DNA of 63,043 bases, counting the filler, from Jimgerdemannia flammicorona (lineage: Eukaryota), in NCBI GenBank assembly GCA_003990765.1. It is 3 parts of 3 records of this genome, joined end to end, with 100 filler letters (N's around TTAATTAATTAA, not from the genome) between each part and the next. Parts side by side here need not be neighbours in the genome. Positions count along the whole stretch, not along the records: positions 1 to 20,952 come from RBNJ01001560.1; 2 more parts are not named here. One strand, given 5' to 3'. Made by a program: the position numbers and the translations under genes. Each line of letters opens with the position of its first letter. Positions within the stretch are counted from its first letter, which is position 1. The notes under the pieces are model-generated. The model did not search any database and was not told the DNA's origin. It saw only the letters and a list, made by a program, of their open reading frames with translations. Shown in pieces: positions 1-13,200 of the stretch.

Positions 1-9
1 AAAAAAAAA

Positions 10-1795
10 GACCTCTGTGTCTTCTTCATCTCCTTCCTCTATGTCTGGTAGGACTCCTTTGTAGACATTGATAGAGACTCATACCTTTCTTCCTCTGTAG
101 TTGATCTGCATCTTCTGGGCATTGAGGTCAATGATAGCCTTGGCCTTGTGAAGCCATTGGTTGCCAATAAGAATGTCATAGTTGGTGGTGCTTGTAACAA
201 TCACATCTACTGGGATAGTAGCTCCTCCTATCTTGATGGGGACTTCTCAGATTTTGCCAAGGGGGGTAGCTTATGTACCATCTGCTGTAACATAGACCAT
301 CTTGGTGGACTCTTCAATGTCCCAACCTAGGTGGTCAATTGCCTTCTTGCTCATGAGGCATCCTCCAGCACTAGTATCAATGATGGTATCAAAGATACAG
401 TCTTCAATCTGGCAGGGGGTATAGGCTGATGTCTTGTGCTGGTCTTTGGATTCTTCACCTGAGTTCTCAGATTCTTCTTGTGCATTGTGAGCTTCTACAA
501 TCTTGTACTCTTGATTCTTGATGGTAGTTGCAAGTCCTACTCTCAGCTGCTATCTGAAGGCAGGGACTTCAGCTAGCTGCCCAAAAGTGGCATTGACCTT
601 CTGTTCCTTGAAGTCCTTGTAGATGTCATACTGGTGGATCTTGGTCTTGTACAACTTCTGTTCCTTCTTACTCTTGCTTTCTCCTAAGACTGGAGTAGTG
701 CCTTCGATAATTTGGCAGATAGCTTCATCTAACTCCATATCTTGATCAATCTTCTCAGATTGGGTCTTGCTTTGAATAGTGACAGCTGGAGTCTTCTTTG
801 GTCTTCCAACTGGCTTGCTGTTGCTCTTCTTGTCATAGGGGTTCTGGTACCTTCAGTAGCAGGGTAGAATTCGAGCTCCTCATAGTATTCTTTATCATCA
901 GTATAACCAATCTCCTTGATGACTACTGCATTGGTTTGTTCTCTGGTTCTGCTAGCATTGCTTGGTTGGACTTTGCATCTTGTTTCGGTCATGCAACTCT
1001 TTGCATAGTGGCCTTCTTCTCCACATCTGAAGTATGTGATATTGTGTTCTTCTGTAGTAGCTGCAAATCTCTGCACTGGTCTCCTGTTGGTGCTTTGAAC
1101 TTCTCTAACAATATCACCAAGGTATACAGTCATCTTGGTGAACTGCTGGCAAGTTCTTCCACTGGGTCAGCTTTGGCTGTCTTGGGGGTAGGTGGGGTTG
1201 GTTGTCTGTTTACAACTGTGGCAGGTAAGATATTAGTTGACTTTGATGGCTCCATCTTGATACCAGTTATTTTCTCCATTGAGTGTTTGGCAGGGTGTCT
1301 GGCAGTCCAATATCTCTGTGCAAAGACCACTTTCTGATCAAGGGTCAGTGCAGCTGGAGTAGACCAGATTGCTAGGGCAATTTCGGAGTGAACTCCTTTG
1401 AGGAAGGTTGAATCTGCTATTTGTTCCTTGAGGTGGTCATTATAGCCAGCCAAGACAATCTGGTGGCAAATTCAGGTATAGAGTGAGTTGGGATCTTCAC
1501 TAAGTCTCTGGCAGATAGTATTGAGTTGATCCTTGAGAGCTTGCTTAATCTCTTCGGTATAATATGTTATTCTGAGGAAGGTCTTCATATTGGCAAGTTT
1601 GGCTGCACCAGCATCAGCAATGGTGGCTGCATTGAACTTGTCTCTGACAGGTCCTCTGAGGCTGACTGGTAGAAGGGCCAATTGAGCATCCACACCAAGG
1701 GCTCATATGGTAGCAAATTGTTCAAAGTCTTCAATGAAGGTCAGGATTGACTCTTTAGTAGTATATTCATAGAATGTGGGGGGACACATTTCCAT
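10..1795 (-). pseudogene. Gypsy A gag-protease polyprotein, disrupted
   Basis: ORF fragments 1472-1693, 1130-1453, 729-1133 and 550-738 join into gag with a zinc knuckle; aspartic protease motif downstream; several stops and frameshifts. Confidence 0.85.
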
Positions 1796-1899
1796 CTTAT
1801 CTTGAATTCTTGCAGCAGTGACTCTTGTAGTCAGGGTAGTTATTGTGGGGGTTGTTCATTTTTCAGCTTGAAAGTGAGGAATTCATCTTGAATCACCAG

Positions 1900-1912
1900 C
1901 CAATAGGCACCA
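1900..1912 (-). promoter_or_regulatory. Primer-binding site of Gypsy A (TGGTGCCTATTG)
   Basis: TGG-initiated segment 3 nt after the LTR's terminal CA; the priming tRNA cannot be assigned from this window. Confidence 0.65.
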
Positions 1913-1915
1913 AGT

Positions 1916-3461
1916 TGTCATGTAGTGGTCGCTGAGTCCTTCAAATATGTCAGATTCTCTTCAAGGTGTATCTCTTAGACTAACTCAAGTTGTTATAAGC
2001 AAGTTCTTATTAGAGTGCCTTCCTAAGGTCTTATAGTCCTCAAACTTCTTATCTTTAACTGTCTTGTTATCTTTTAGATTACTTGCAAGGAAGTGTGTGT
2101 AAGTGAAACCAGAACTGACTTTATTTTAGAGAAAATAAGAGGGGTATTTATACAAAATACAATTCAATGATTGCTAAGATATAAAGCTAAATATAAATTC
2201 CGATAACTAAAACTACTAAGTCTCAGAGTTGGTACTGATGGTTGTACAGGTTCAGGATACTGGCATTATTTAGTGTCACATCAAAATGCCAGTACTGGAA
2301 CAATTTCATATCACCTCAGAATACCAGTGCTGGTATTATCTAGTGTTACATGAGAATACCAGTACTGGCATTATCTAGTGTAACAAAGAACTTAGAGCAG
2401 AAAGTTCAGGATCATGGGGGCTTTATCATCATCATTACTGAAGGAGATGAGATCTGCGAATTCATCATGTAGGTCATGCGTTTCGCATACTTCACGTGCT
2501 TCAGGTATGTCACGTGGGATGATGTCATCAATGACATCATCATGTTCAGCTGTGGTGGGGAAATTGGGGACAAGGTCTGGAGCTCTCCAGTCTATGAGGT
2601 TCTCTTCCACAAAATAAGGAACAAATGTGGGGTCTTGGGGAGATCTAACTCAGATGCTTGGGCCTTGGAATACTGAGATCAATCCTTGTAGAAATTGATC
2701 TGGGTTGTCCTGAAAGATAGGGTGCCAGAAGTCTTCTACTTCTTCACTGCTGAGGGTGATGGTGGACCAGGCTTCTGTGGCCACCCTGGCTTTTAGTGCA
2801 TTGATACAGTGGGATAATAGGTCTCTGAAGTCTGAGACTCTAACATACTCCAAGTTGGGGATCGACCATAGTGCATGTCTGAAGATCTGATAGATCTTCT
2901 TAGCTGTCCTTGTTTTGTATATATCCATGGAAGTGGCATCTTGTAGCTCTTGGGTGCTGACCTCTGAGAACTTCCGGCAGAGGAGGTTTCCTATTTCATA
3001 CTCCTGCCATATTTGGAGGTATTTGGTAGCAATAGTGATCCTTGTTTCCATTTCACAGTAGTAGAGAATAAAGTGATAAGGGTCTGCAGTACTCAGGTTG
3101 ACACTAGGAGTTCTTCTTGAGCAGGTCCTCATGGCTCTTCTGATGTCTTGAAACATCCTTTCCTCAACTGAGATACCTTGGTGATTCCTTGACCTTGAGG
3201 TTTGGTGGGCAGCAGGCATTTCGTTTGTGGTAAGTCTTTGAGCTATTTTGGAATTGGTGGTTCTTGTTAGTTGCTGCTACTGCAGTTCCTTGATCCTTCT
3301 TTTATATTCTTCAGGATGCTTGTGCTGTAGTCACAATGACTCACAGTTGGTCATCATTGCTCATCTCATATGCCGTATGATCTTCTTGTGCTCTGATCTG
3401 GTGGCTTACAAGGAAAGGCTGTCTCCTGTGCTGATGTCATCATTCTAGGGTCACCATTACA
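1916..3461 (-). repeat. Gypsy A 5' LTR (~1.55 kb) with an internal ORF, a TATAAATACCCC box at 2141-2152 and ~32-bp tandem repeats at about 2255-2385
   Basis: Colinear with 35879-37420; TG/CA termini; adjacent PBS. Confidence 0.9.
2392..3357 (-). pseudogene. LTR-encoded accessory protein of Gypsy A (~321 aa, unknown function)
   Basis: ORFs 2650-3219 and 2392-2610 plus upstream sequence to ATG 3357 are one frame, broken only by TGA/TAG codons compatible with C>T changes; lies entirely inside the LTR. Confidence 0.75.
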
Positions 3462-6355
3462 CTAGTTAGGCTAAGAAAGAATTTCAGTTCTATAAGATTT
3501 GCTAGTTTAGGTTATTTATGAATTATCTCTATCTTATATAAGTCTACTTGAATTTCTTAGTAGCAATAATATGGTTAGGATATTTAACTTACTTTTTGAA
3601 AATTCACTCTTTTTGAGTTTTATATATAACTTATAGGATTTCTAAAACTAGGCAGATATACTTAAGATACTCTTCTTTAGTTATACTAAAGATCAGAATA
3701 TTGTAAAGATATACTAATAGAAAAATAAAGAGTTAGTCTTTAAATATCCTATTTATGAGAATCTGAAATATTGTAAGTATATTAGTGAGACCAAATACTA
3801 TATAATATCAAAATTTATAAAGTCTAAAGAGGGTTATAAAAGTATTCTTGGAGATATCTTCTAGCTAATACTCAGTTGAATCAAATTTATCTCTAATTCA
3901 ATTTAATTCAAAATATTCAAATCAAATTAAGGTCTAATTCAATTTAAAGTCTAATTTTGTTAAAATATCTTAGTTATGTATAGTAACTTAATATATAGTA
4001 GTACAGTCTGACTATATCATTATATAAATATCATTAATATATATAAAAGTATATAAGTTAGTATCAATAAATAACTTTCTTCTTTCTCTTTCCAATCTTC
4101 CAAGTATTCTATAATAAAATGTTATAAACTCCACTAGTAAAAACAGATAACAAATATATCTTTAATATATATACTATACTATGCTATAATATATCAACTA
4201 ATACTAATAGTATAAGTAATACACTAAGTTTAAGTAGTATAAGTAAAATGAGATCTAGAATGGATACTGATACCAATAGTATAAGTATGCTCAATATAAT
4301 GATCATGACTATGATTATTCCTACATTGATATCAATAATGATAAAGAGGATGATTCCTGTCTTTGATAGTAAAGATTATACTATATGAGTATATTATATA
4401 AAAAACCTCTTAAAAGAATATAGTTTGGAGAACTACTAAAAGCCACAGATATAAGTAATAGCATATAAAGCTATAAAAATTTACAGAGTACTAAGGGAGA
4501 TTATGTTTACTCTTTCAAATATATAAATGAAACTTATCATCAATACTATGATGGTAAATAAAGCCTGGGAGATCTTATACAATTACTACTAACAGATATC
4601 TATATCAAACAGATTCCATCTGAAAGTATAACTATTTAATCTCTAAATAAAGTTTAAGGAGAGTATCTGAGATTATACCAACTATATCAATGATCTGCAA
4701 ATTAAGTAAATTCTCTTTCTATGCTAGTAGATCTTATTAAAGATGAAGATAAGGTTCTAGTCCTTATATATAGCCTTCCTGAGGTATATAATATAGTTGT
4801 CACTACTATGAGAGAATCTAATAAACTATCAGACTATAAGTATGTTATTATAAGTCTTTTAAATAAGGAATTAAGACTGAGTAGCAATAACAATGATGAT
4901 AATGATGAAAAAGCCTTTTATTGAGTATATAGATAAGGCAAAGATAAGCCAAGCAAAGAATGAGATCAAGGCCAGCAATATAAGAATTTTGATAGTAAAT
5001 ATTTCTACTATAATAAGTATGGATACTGTGAGCAAGACTGCAATTATAAGAAAAAGGAAAAGAGTAGTTAAGATGAGCAATGTGGGCAATAATAGATAAA
5101 TATTATAAATACTAATAATAATAATAAAAGCAGTAAAAGTAGTGAGATCTGTTTTTTACAGAAGTAGCAATCTATCTATATGTAGAAGAAGTTATAGGAA
5201 TAAAAAATATTGATATAGATATTAGTATAAATATAAGCTATATACTGAGTACTTATATATATAGCAAAGAAGTCTGGCTTATAGATTCTGATGCAACATA
5301 GTATGATAGCTCACCATGAGTAGTTCTCAATATATGAGAAGTTTGAGTATCCTATACCTATCAAACTAGGTGACAATAATGTTATCTATACTCAGATAAT
5401 AGCAAAAAATATATCAACAAAGCCTTCAGATACTTCTTAAAGAAGTACAGTATCTAATACTCTATGACAACTTTCTATATATCTGAGCAGAATGGTATAA
5501 TAGAGTACTTCAATCAAATAATAGTAGAGATAGCTTGAATGATAATGAATACAGCTAGCTTACTGTACTTCTTCTGGGCTAAAGTAGTGAATATAATAGT
5601 ATATACTTGAAATTGTTGTATTTCTTGAGCTCTAAGAAAAGACTCTAGTAGATCTGGCAGATCTAATAATAATCAATGATTTAGAAATAATAGCAATCTT
5701 ATCCCTGAAGAATTATGGAGTAGATCTAAGTCAGATATTTCATACCTATAGATATTTAGGAGTAAGGCTTATATCTTGAATAAGGATAATAATAGAGACA
5801 AATTTAAGCCTAAGGTAGATAAGCATATATTTCTTAGATATAATAGAGTAGTATATAGATTGTAGAGCTCACAGAAATATCATATCATCATCTCATATAA
5901 TATTCAATTTAAGGAAACTAAGTATAGAAATTTCTATTTTGACCAATCTGATGATATAGTCAGTAATAACTATACCAACTTCAAAGGTGAGTAGAATGAT
6001 ACCTATATTAGTACTAGTATAACTCATATCTATACTAATAAGGCTATCAGAGTTAAGAATTATAGAAATTATAGATGAGGATGATAATGAGGATATCTCT
6101 CTAAAAGATAAGAAAAAATATAAATCTAGATTATATAATGAAGTAGAAGTGGATTTAGGAAGTTATTGGGATCAGTTTAAGGAATCTCATTATAACAATA
6201 AACATTATATAAACTATACTTATAAGTATACTTATATTGTAATAACTGGTAAACTAGTAAACTATGATAAAGTTATATTTTCAGATAATAAGAAAAAATA
6301 GAAAAAGACTATAGATGAGAAATATGATTTACTCATTGAGAATAACATCTGGGAT

Positions 6356-7477
6356 TAGTGCTTTTAATGAATTGAATTGAGGCCCAATTCAATTCAATTT
6401 GAATTTCAATTTAAACTTAAATTTTTGAAATTCAATAACTTGACAAAAACATATCCAAATTTAATGATCATTATTATATTGGATTCACCTTGTTAAGACA
6501 AATCCAATAAGCTAAAATACATCAAATTTAGATATGTTTTTGTCAAGTTATTGCATTTTGAAGTTTGACTTTGAATCAGACCTCAATTCATGAACCTAAA
6601 TATTTGAAATTAAATAATGTGATGAAAACATGTCCAAATTTAATAATCTTTATTGTACTGGATTCACCTTATCAAGGCAAATCCAACAAGCTAAAATACA
6701 TCAAATTTGGATATGTTTTTATCACATTATTGTATTTCAAAGTTTGACTTCAAATTAGACCTTAACTTATAAATCTAAATTTTTGAAATTCAATATCATG
6801 ACAAAAACATGTCTAAATTTAATAATCTTTATTATACTAGATTCGCCTTATCAAGGTGAATCCAACAAGCTAAAATATATTAAATTTGGATATGTTTTCA
6901 TTAAGTTATTATATTTCAAAGTTTGACTTCAAATCAGATCTCAATTCACAAACCTAAATTTTTAAAATTCAATAACTTGATGAAAACATATCCAAATTTA
7001 ATGATCTTTATTGTACTGGATTTGCCTTATTAAGACAAATCCTACAGGCTAAATATATTAAATTTGGACATGTTTTCATCAAGTTATTGTATTCCAAATT
7101 TTGATTTTCAATTTCAAATTGAATAGGATCTCAATTACAAACCTAAATATTTGAAATATAATAATGTGATGAAAACATGTTCAAATCTAATGATCTTTAT
7201 TATACTGGATTTTTCTTATTAAGGTAAATCCAACAAGCTAAAATATATCAAATTTAGACATGTTTTCATCAAGTTATTTAATTTCAAAGTTTGACTTCTA
7301 ATTTTGAATCAAATCAGACCTCAATTTGATTCAAAAATTTTGAATCAGACCCCCAATTCAATTTGAACTCAATTTGATTCAAATCTAATTCAAATTGAAA
7401 AATTCCCAATTAAATTTGATTTGAAACACCCTCAATTCAATTTGATTTGAATTGATTCAATTTATTTGAGAGCACTA
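6356..7477. mobile_element. Non-autonomous hAT-type element/MITE with five ~180-bp palindromic tandem units
   Basis: TIR TAGTGCT...AGCACTA; 8-bp TSD tctgggat (6348-6355) / tctgagat (7478-7485). Confidence 0.85.
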
Positions 7478-7595
7478 TCTGAGATCTAGTCTCTTTTGGT
7501 AAATAAACAACCACATCTTTCACCAGTAACATTTGGGTGACACAAGACTCAGACAACACTTTTTACTATGTTTTTGGTATCTGACAACTATTGAC

Positions 7596-9512
7596 ATGGA
7601 TGGCAATGATCGAACTGGTGAGCATACTGGCCAGGGGGGTGGTGGTGCCTTTGGCTGGTAGCAGGTGGAGAGGAGGGGAGATGGTTTGGGGATGCCAGGG
7701 GCCTTGATGGCTAGCCAAGGCCCTGGTGGTGGAGGGAGGGGTAGTCTGAGGCAGAGAGGAGGGGAAAGGTCAACCTTTGCTGACAAGGTCAGAATGGAGA
7801 AGATGGCCTCTGGTCTAGATAGTTGGCTGGGCCTAGGGAAGGCATTGACAGCTACAGCTGGAGGACAGAGAGGTGTGCCCAGGGGAGTTTCAGATGGTAG
7901 GAGAGGAGTGGGAGTAGGGGCTGGAGATGTAACTATTGATGGGACTGTGACTGGAGATCTGGCAAAAAATCCAGATGTAACAGTAGTTGACAATTCAGGA
8001 CAGAGAGTGGGCATAAGGCCTGAGGACCTGGCAGATGGGGTGACAGGCATGGTGTCAGCCCCATTACTCAAGAAGTCGAGGTCAGAATTTATGGTCACAA
8101 TGTGTTTCTGGGACTTGGTGGTGACAGCGAGAATAATTTTGGGGCTGGTGGCACAGGAGGCAAAGGGAGCAGTGTCAGTGAAGTTTTTAAAGAGGAAGGA
8201 AGGGGTTGAGGTGGGGTTCGAGGAGGAAGATGCCTTGCTGGCAGCCTTGGAGAAGGGGGTGATAGTTGGTAGGGTTGTGGTCCTTATGGCCAGGTGCATA
8301 TGCTAGGATCCCTGAGTGGTGCAGTTGATGGTATTGGATCTCCCTATGGTGTCAAAGAAGAGGACCAGGGAGTTGGTTGTGGAGGTGATCAAGGAGTATG
8401 GAGAGATTGTGGATATTGAGTTCAAGGTCTGAGAGGGTATGGAGCTTTGGACTGGTGACATTGATATCAGGGTGAGGCTGGCTGAGAAGGAGAATATGGG
8501 GAAGTCGAGGGACTGGTCAGTGATGCTGAGGTAGAGACTGGTGGAGTGCAAGGTCATGAGGGTGAAGGGGACCCAGAAGGAGGAGGAAGACCTGTTGGAG
8601 GCTCTGGAGGATCTGGAAGGGGCAGTTGTGAGGAGAAGATTGGCCTGAAAGGAGTTTGAGGCCAGGACAGTGGTGGGGGAGGTGGATGGGAAGAGGGTCC
8701 AGATAGAGAGGGGGGCCTGGGAGAAGATGCAGGGGAGGAAAATCCAGAAGGAGCTGCTGGTGAAGTTGGGTGGGGGTAGAGCTAGTGGAAGCTCAGGGGA
8801 GGGGGTTGCGAGATTGCAGGAGAGTGCCTGGGCTGAGGGGGGTGAAAGGGCCTGGGGTGGGGCTTGGATTGGAGTGGAGGAGGAGAGGGAAGGCAATATA
8901 GAGGCAGATGTAGAAATGAGTGAAGGTGTATGCCCTCAGTATAGTGTCCTGGGTAGAGCTGAGGGGGAGAAGGAGCTGCTGGATGTGCCAGATGAGGAGT
9001 GGGATGAGTCAGTGAGGAGGAGTGTGCTGGTGGACCCTAAGGTAGATGGGGGGCAAATCATTCAGAGTGTGGCAGAGGTGGTGGATAAGAAGAAGTGGAT
9101 GTGGAAGACCCTGGAAGGGGTAGTGGTAGAAGAGCTGGGGGGAGAGGATTTCAGGGTTATGCAAGAGAGGTATTGGGAGGATATCCTACAGGGGGAGGAG
9201 GTGCTGAGGAAGATGAGGAATGAGATCCTAGCTATTCTCCTGGAGTTGGTTAAATATCAAGTCGATGATCAGAGAGAAGAGGAACTTAGGAGGATTGTGA
9301 GTGACAGAGCATTATACTTGTGGAACTCAAGAAAGAGACCAGAGAAGTGGCACACAGTCTGCATAGACTACTGGTCAGAGATGGAGGTAGTGGATGGGGT
9401 GGAATGTCAGGAAATCTTAGAGGCACTAGATGCTCAGGCTAATGCAGAGAGTGACTTGGAAGCTGAACAGTGCTTGGATCTGACTGAAGATGAGATGAGC
9501 ATGGAATACTAG
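7596..9512 (+). pseudogene. LINE ORF1 (Gly-rich N-terminus, acidic C-terminus)
   Basis: Fragments 7665-8306 and 8670-9512 are in one frame; homologous to the intact 41081-42002. Confidence 0.8.
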
Positions 9513-9543
9513 GTTGGGGTCTCTATTACAATATTCTTTCAAT

Positions 9544-12500
9544 ATGAACAGTACAACTAGGATATTCTCTTTGAATGTAAATGGGTTATGGGGGGTGGCT
9601 AGGAGGAAGTATATATTTGGATGGCTTAAGGGACTGGATGTGAACCTCTTCTTGTTACAGGATATTCATTATGAGGTAGATGTAGATTTACAGGATTGGA
9701 CTAAGGAATGGGGGGGGGGCAGTGGTATGGAGGGAGAAAGTGGGTATTCTCATTCGGAAAGAGATGGAGGACATTAGAGATATTGGACATTGGGGGTCTT
9801 GGGTGGTGTGGGGAGTGTGGAAGAGGCCTGGATGAGGCTCATTGACAGTTGGGTCTTGTTACTGCCCAGCTGAGAGAGGGGAGAGGGTGGAGTGGATTTG
9901 CAGATTGAAAGAGGCCAGTGTCTTGGGAGAGGTTGGGTTGGACTGCATGGGGGGTGATTTCAACATGGAACAGATGAAGGAAGAGGCATGCGAAGTGAGA
10001 GTGGTGGGTTGGGTGACTGGTTGGAGACAGAGAGGTTGAGTTCTTTAGTGGACTCAGGAAGACAGTTTTGGAACAATCAGTGGGTGTACACCCACTGGGC
10101 GGCAGGGCTGGGCTCCAGGATTGACTGGGTTTTGACAGCAGAGTGTTGGGGAGCAGATGTCTGAATGGCACTGGAGGTAGTTTGGTGTCCATGGTCTGAT
10201 CACTGGGGGCTGCTTAGAGGGGGGAGGTTTGGGGGAAGTGAGGATGGGCCTGGACATTGGTGGCTAAATTCTTCCTTGTTGGAGGATAGGGCTTTGTGGG
10301 AGGGTTGGAAAACAGAGGTTGTCGGGAATATCAGAAGGTGGTGGGAATGGGGCCTGGGGATTGGGGACCACTAGAGGAGACTGAAGGCGAATGCTCAGAG
10401 GTATTGGAGGGAAGCAGAGAAAGGAAGGTGTGCCCAGTGATGGCAGCGGGTGCTGTGGACCTTGCAGCATCTGGCGGCACTCATGGGGAGATGGGCAGGT
10501 GTGTTAGAAGATGGGGAGGTGACTGATTGGCATATTGTAAGAATCTGAAAGGAGGTGGAGGAGCTTAAAGGAGTGTTACAAAGAGAGGAGGAGGTGAGGC
10601 TGTAGGGGATAGTGACCCAACTGCAGTGGCAGGGGCTTGAGGAGGGGGAGAGGTCTACTAAGTTTTTGATATGGTTGTTATAAGCACAATGAATGAAGCA
10701 GCAGTGGGAGGGAGTTCTGGATGTGAATGGTGAGCTAGTGATGGGGACTCTGGTGATTCTGGGTATACTGAGAACCTGTTGAGAGAATCTATGGAGTGAG
10801 GAGGAAGGAGGAGTGGATGCTTTGGACATTGAAAGGCAGCTGGGGGATTGGCACCCAAACCCTGCGATGGGCCTAGAGGCTTTGGGGAACCCAGTGAGTG
10901 GAGAGGAAATTTGTAAGGTTGTGGCCTTAACGAGTAAGGGGACAGCTCCAGGGGAGGATGGACTTCTCTGAGATTTTTAGAAGAAGATGGCTGGGGTGGG
11001 TAAGGTGCTAGAGGAAATGACCACTATGTATGATGAGGTTCTTCAGTCTGGTACTTGGATTGGGGGCCAGTGTTTAGGGCTAGTCTTCTTGCTCTACAAG
11101 AATAAAGGGAGGTGGGAAGATTGGAAGAACTGGCAGCCAATCATGCTACTCAATATGAACCACAAACTGGTGACAAAGATCTTGGTGATAAGGCTGCAAG
11201 GAATTGCTCAGCAAGTGCTTAGTGTGGAGCAGCATGGGTTTGTCAGTGGTCAGTTGATTTGCGATGGGACAGCTTGAGTATATGGAGTGATTGAAGATAC
11301 CTGGGCTACAGGGGTGGATGGCCAGTTGGTATTTCTGGATCAAGAGAAGGCTTATGATAGAGTGTGGAGGATCTGGCTAAAGGGAGTACTGAAATAGATT
11401 GGTATCTCCCTGGGGTTCTGAGGATCATTGATCAGCCTCTTGGAGGACAGTCAGGCGGCATTGGTCATTAATGGCCACAGGGGGGTGACCTTTCCCCTGG
11501 GGCATAGGGTGCTGCAAAGGGACCCCTTGTTACCCATATTGTATGCCCTCTCCTTAGAGCCCCTACTGGACAGGATTCAGCATCAGATTGGGGGTTTGGA
11601 CATTTTAGGGATTAATTGGAAGGTGGGGGCCTTTGCTGATGATATGGTGGTCAGGCTGGGTTCCTTAATAGATGTGGGGGAGTTACAGAGATCTGTGGAA
11701 TAGTATGAGAGGGGTTCTGGTGCTAAACTAAACTGGTACAAATGTGAGACTCTGGTACTGGGTGCTGGAATTGTTGGTGGCAATATAATTGGGACAGTGG
11801 TACCAGCTGGTGAACCAGTGTGGTATTTGGGGATCTACTTCTTGGTATTCAGATCTCTTCTTCCCCATGCATGGTGGAACTGACAACTTCTGGAGTGGGG
11901 AAATATTCTGCTGTGATGGGGAGGTCAGCATATATCCCTAGCTAGAAGAGTGATGGTGCTGAATGTGTATTGGATGCCGAAGCTGTGGTATGTGGGGTAT
12001 CATTTGGATTTCCCAACTTGGGTGGTCAGGGGGTTATTGAAGATGGCAAGGTCATGGATCTGGGGAGGGCAGCAAAGCCAGGTGGGTTGGGAGGTGCTCA
12101 CACTGCCCATGGAAAGAGGTGGGCTGAGTTTAGTTGACTTTACTAAGTGGCTTCACTGCTTGAGAGCTTGGTGGTTGAGGAGGGCGAGTGAGCTAAGGAG
12201 CCAGAAGTGGGTACCACTCATACAGAGGGTGTGGGAGGTTCAGTATTCCCCTCATGGTGACTCTGGTGACCTGCTTGCGATGGTGACCATGAATGGGAGT
12301 AGGAGGATGTGGTTTATGGGCTTTTGGTAGAGAGTGGTGGATGGCACTAAGAAAATTAGACTTTGGTGGTGAGGTGATGAAGCTGAGGAGGATTGGAGAC
12401 TGCAGATGTAGCGGTGGGACAGGCTTCTACTGAGTGGTGTTCCAGTGGAGGATTTTCAGCTTGGCGAGGGTATGGAGTATCTGCAGGGCTTGGGTGGAGA

Positions 12501-13200
12501 CCTGTGGCCTGAAGCCTGGCAGAGGGTTAGAATTGGTGAGGAGTGGGATTGAAATGGACTCTGGCTTTGGAGCAAATGGGTGAGGCAGTGGCTGCCCCCC
12601 AAGTTCTGGGTGGTGTGGTGGTGAGTCCTATGGCAGAATATGATATTAAACTATTGGTCTGGGCACTTGGTGGATGGTGGAGTATTCGAGTGTGAGGAAT
12701 GTTTCAATGTTGATCAGAAGGGAGGAGTGGTATAAATACCTGAACATTGGCTTGGCAAGTACGAGATTTTGAAGGAGTTTTGGAGATATATCATAGACTG
12801 GTTAGGGTTGTGTGCCTTGGAGGGAGGGGAAGGGGGGAGATGGGGAGAGCTCTGCCAGAGACTGGTGGGTGGGATTGGGGATGAATGGCTGACTCTTGGT
12901 TGGGCTCTAGCTATATGGGTTGGATTGGCTGGGCATTGGGTTCATATATTTGAGGAGGGATGGTGGGTTGGAGTTGGGGATAAGGTGGTATATTGGGAAT
13001 GGTTATTATTGGACATTTTGAATAGCTGGTGGTGAGGGTGGGGGCCAGGTGGGGGGAATCACAGGGGTTTGATATAGTATATCTCTCAGAAGAGTGGTGG
13101 AAGGATTCAGGTAGTGGGTGATTGGGTTGTGCTCAGGCAGGGAGAGGTCGAGGGGGGAGAGTTGGGTCCATGGGACATTGGTTGAGGGTTTGGGGTGACA
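9544..13200 (+). pseudogene. LINE ORF2 (AP endonuclease + reverse transcriptase)
   Basis: Motifs in ORF fragments starting at 9514, 10987, 11428 and 11950; many premature stops. Confidence 0.88.

Larger units (their letters stand above)
10..3461 (-). mobile_element. Ty3/Gypsy LTR retrotransposon, family A, 5' part (5' LTR, gag, protease); truncated at contig start
   Basis: LTR 1916-3461 has TG...CA ends and recurs at 35879-37420. It is followed by a PBS, a gag with a decayed knuckle (YFRCGEEGHYAKSC) and a retropepsin (IIDTSAGG...DILIGNQWL, about 100-430). Confidence 0.9.

Noticed and set aside
6420..7325. CRISPR-like array
   Set aside because: Whole units repeat with no unique spacers, there are no cas genes, and the context is a eukaryotic MITE.
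7520..8896. Antisense ORFs over LINE ORF1, and similar shadows such as 798-1337, 22111-22617 and 55508-56317
   Set aside because: Explained by strand compositional bias opposite real transposon ORFs; no independent motifs.
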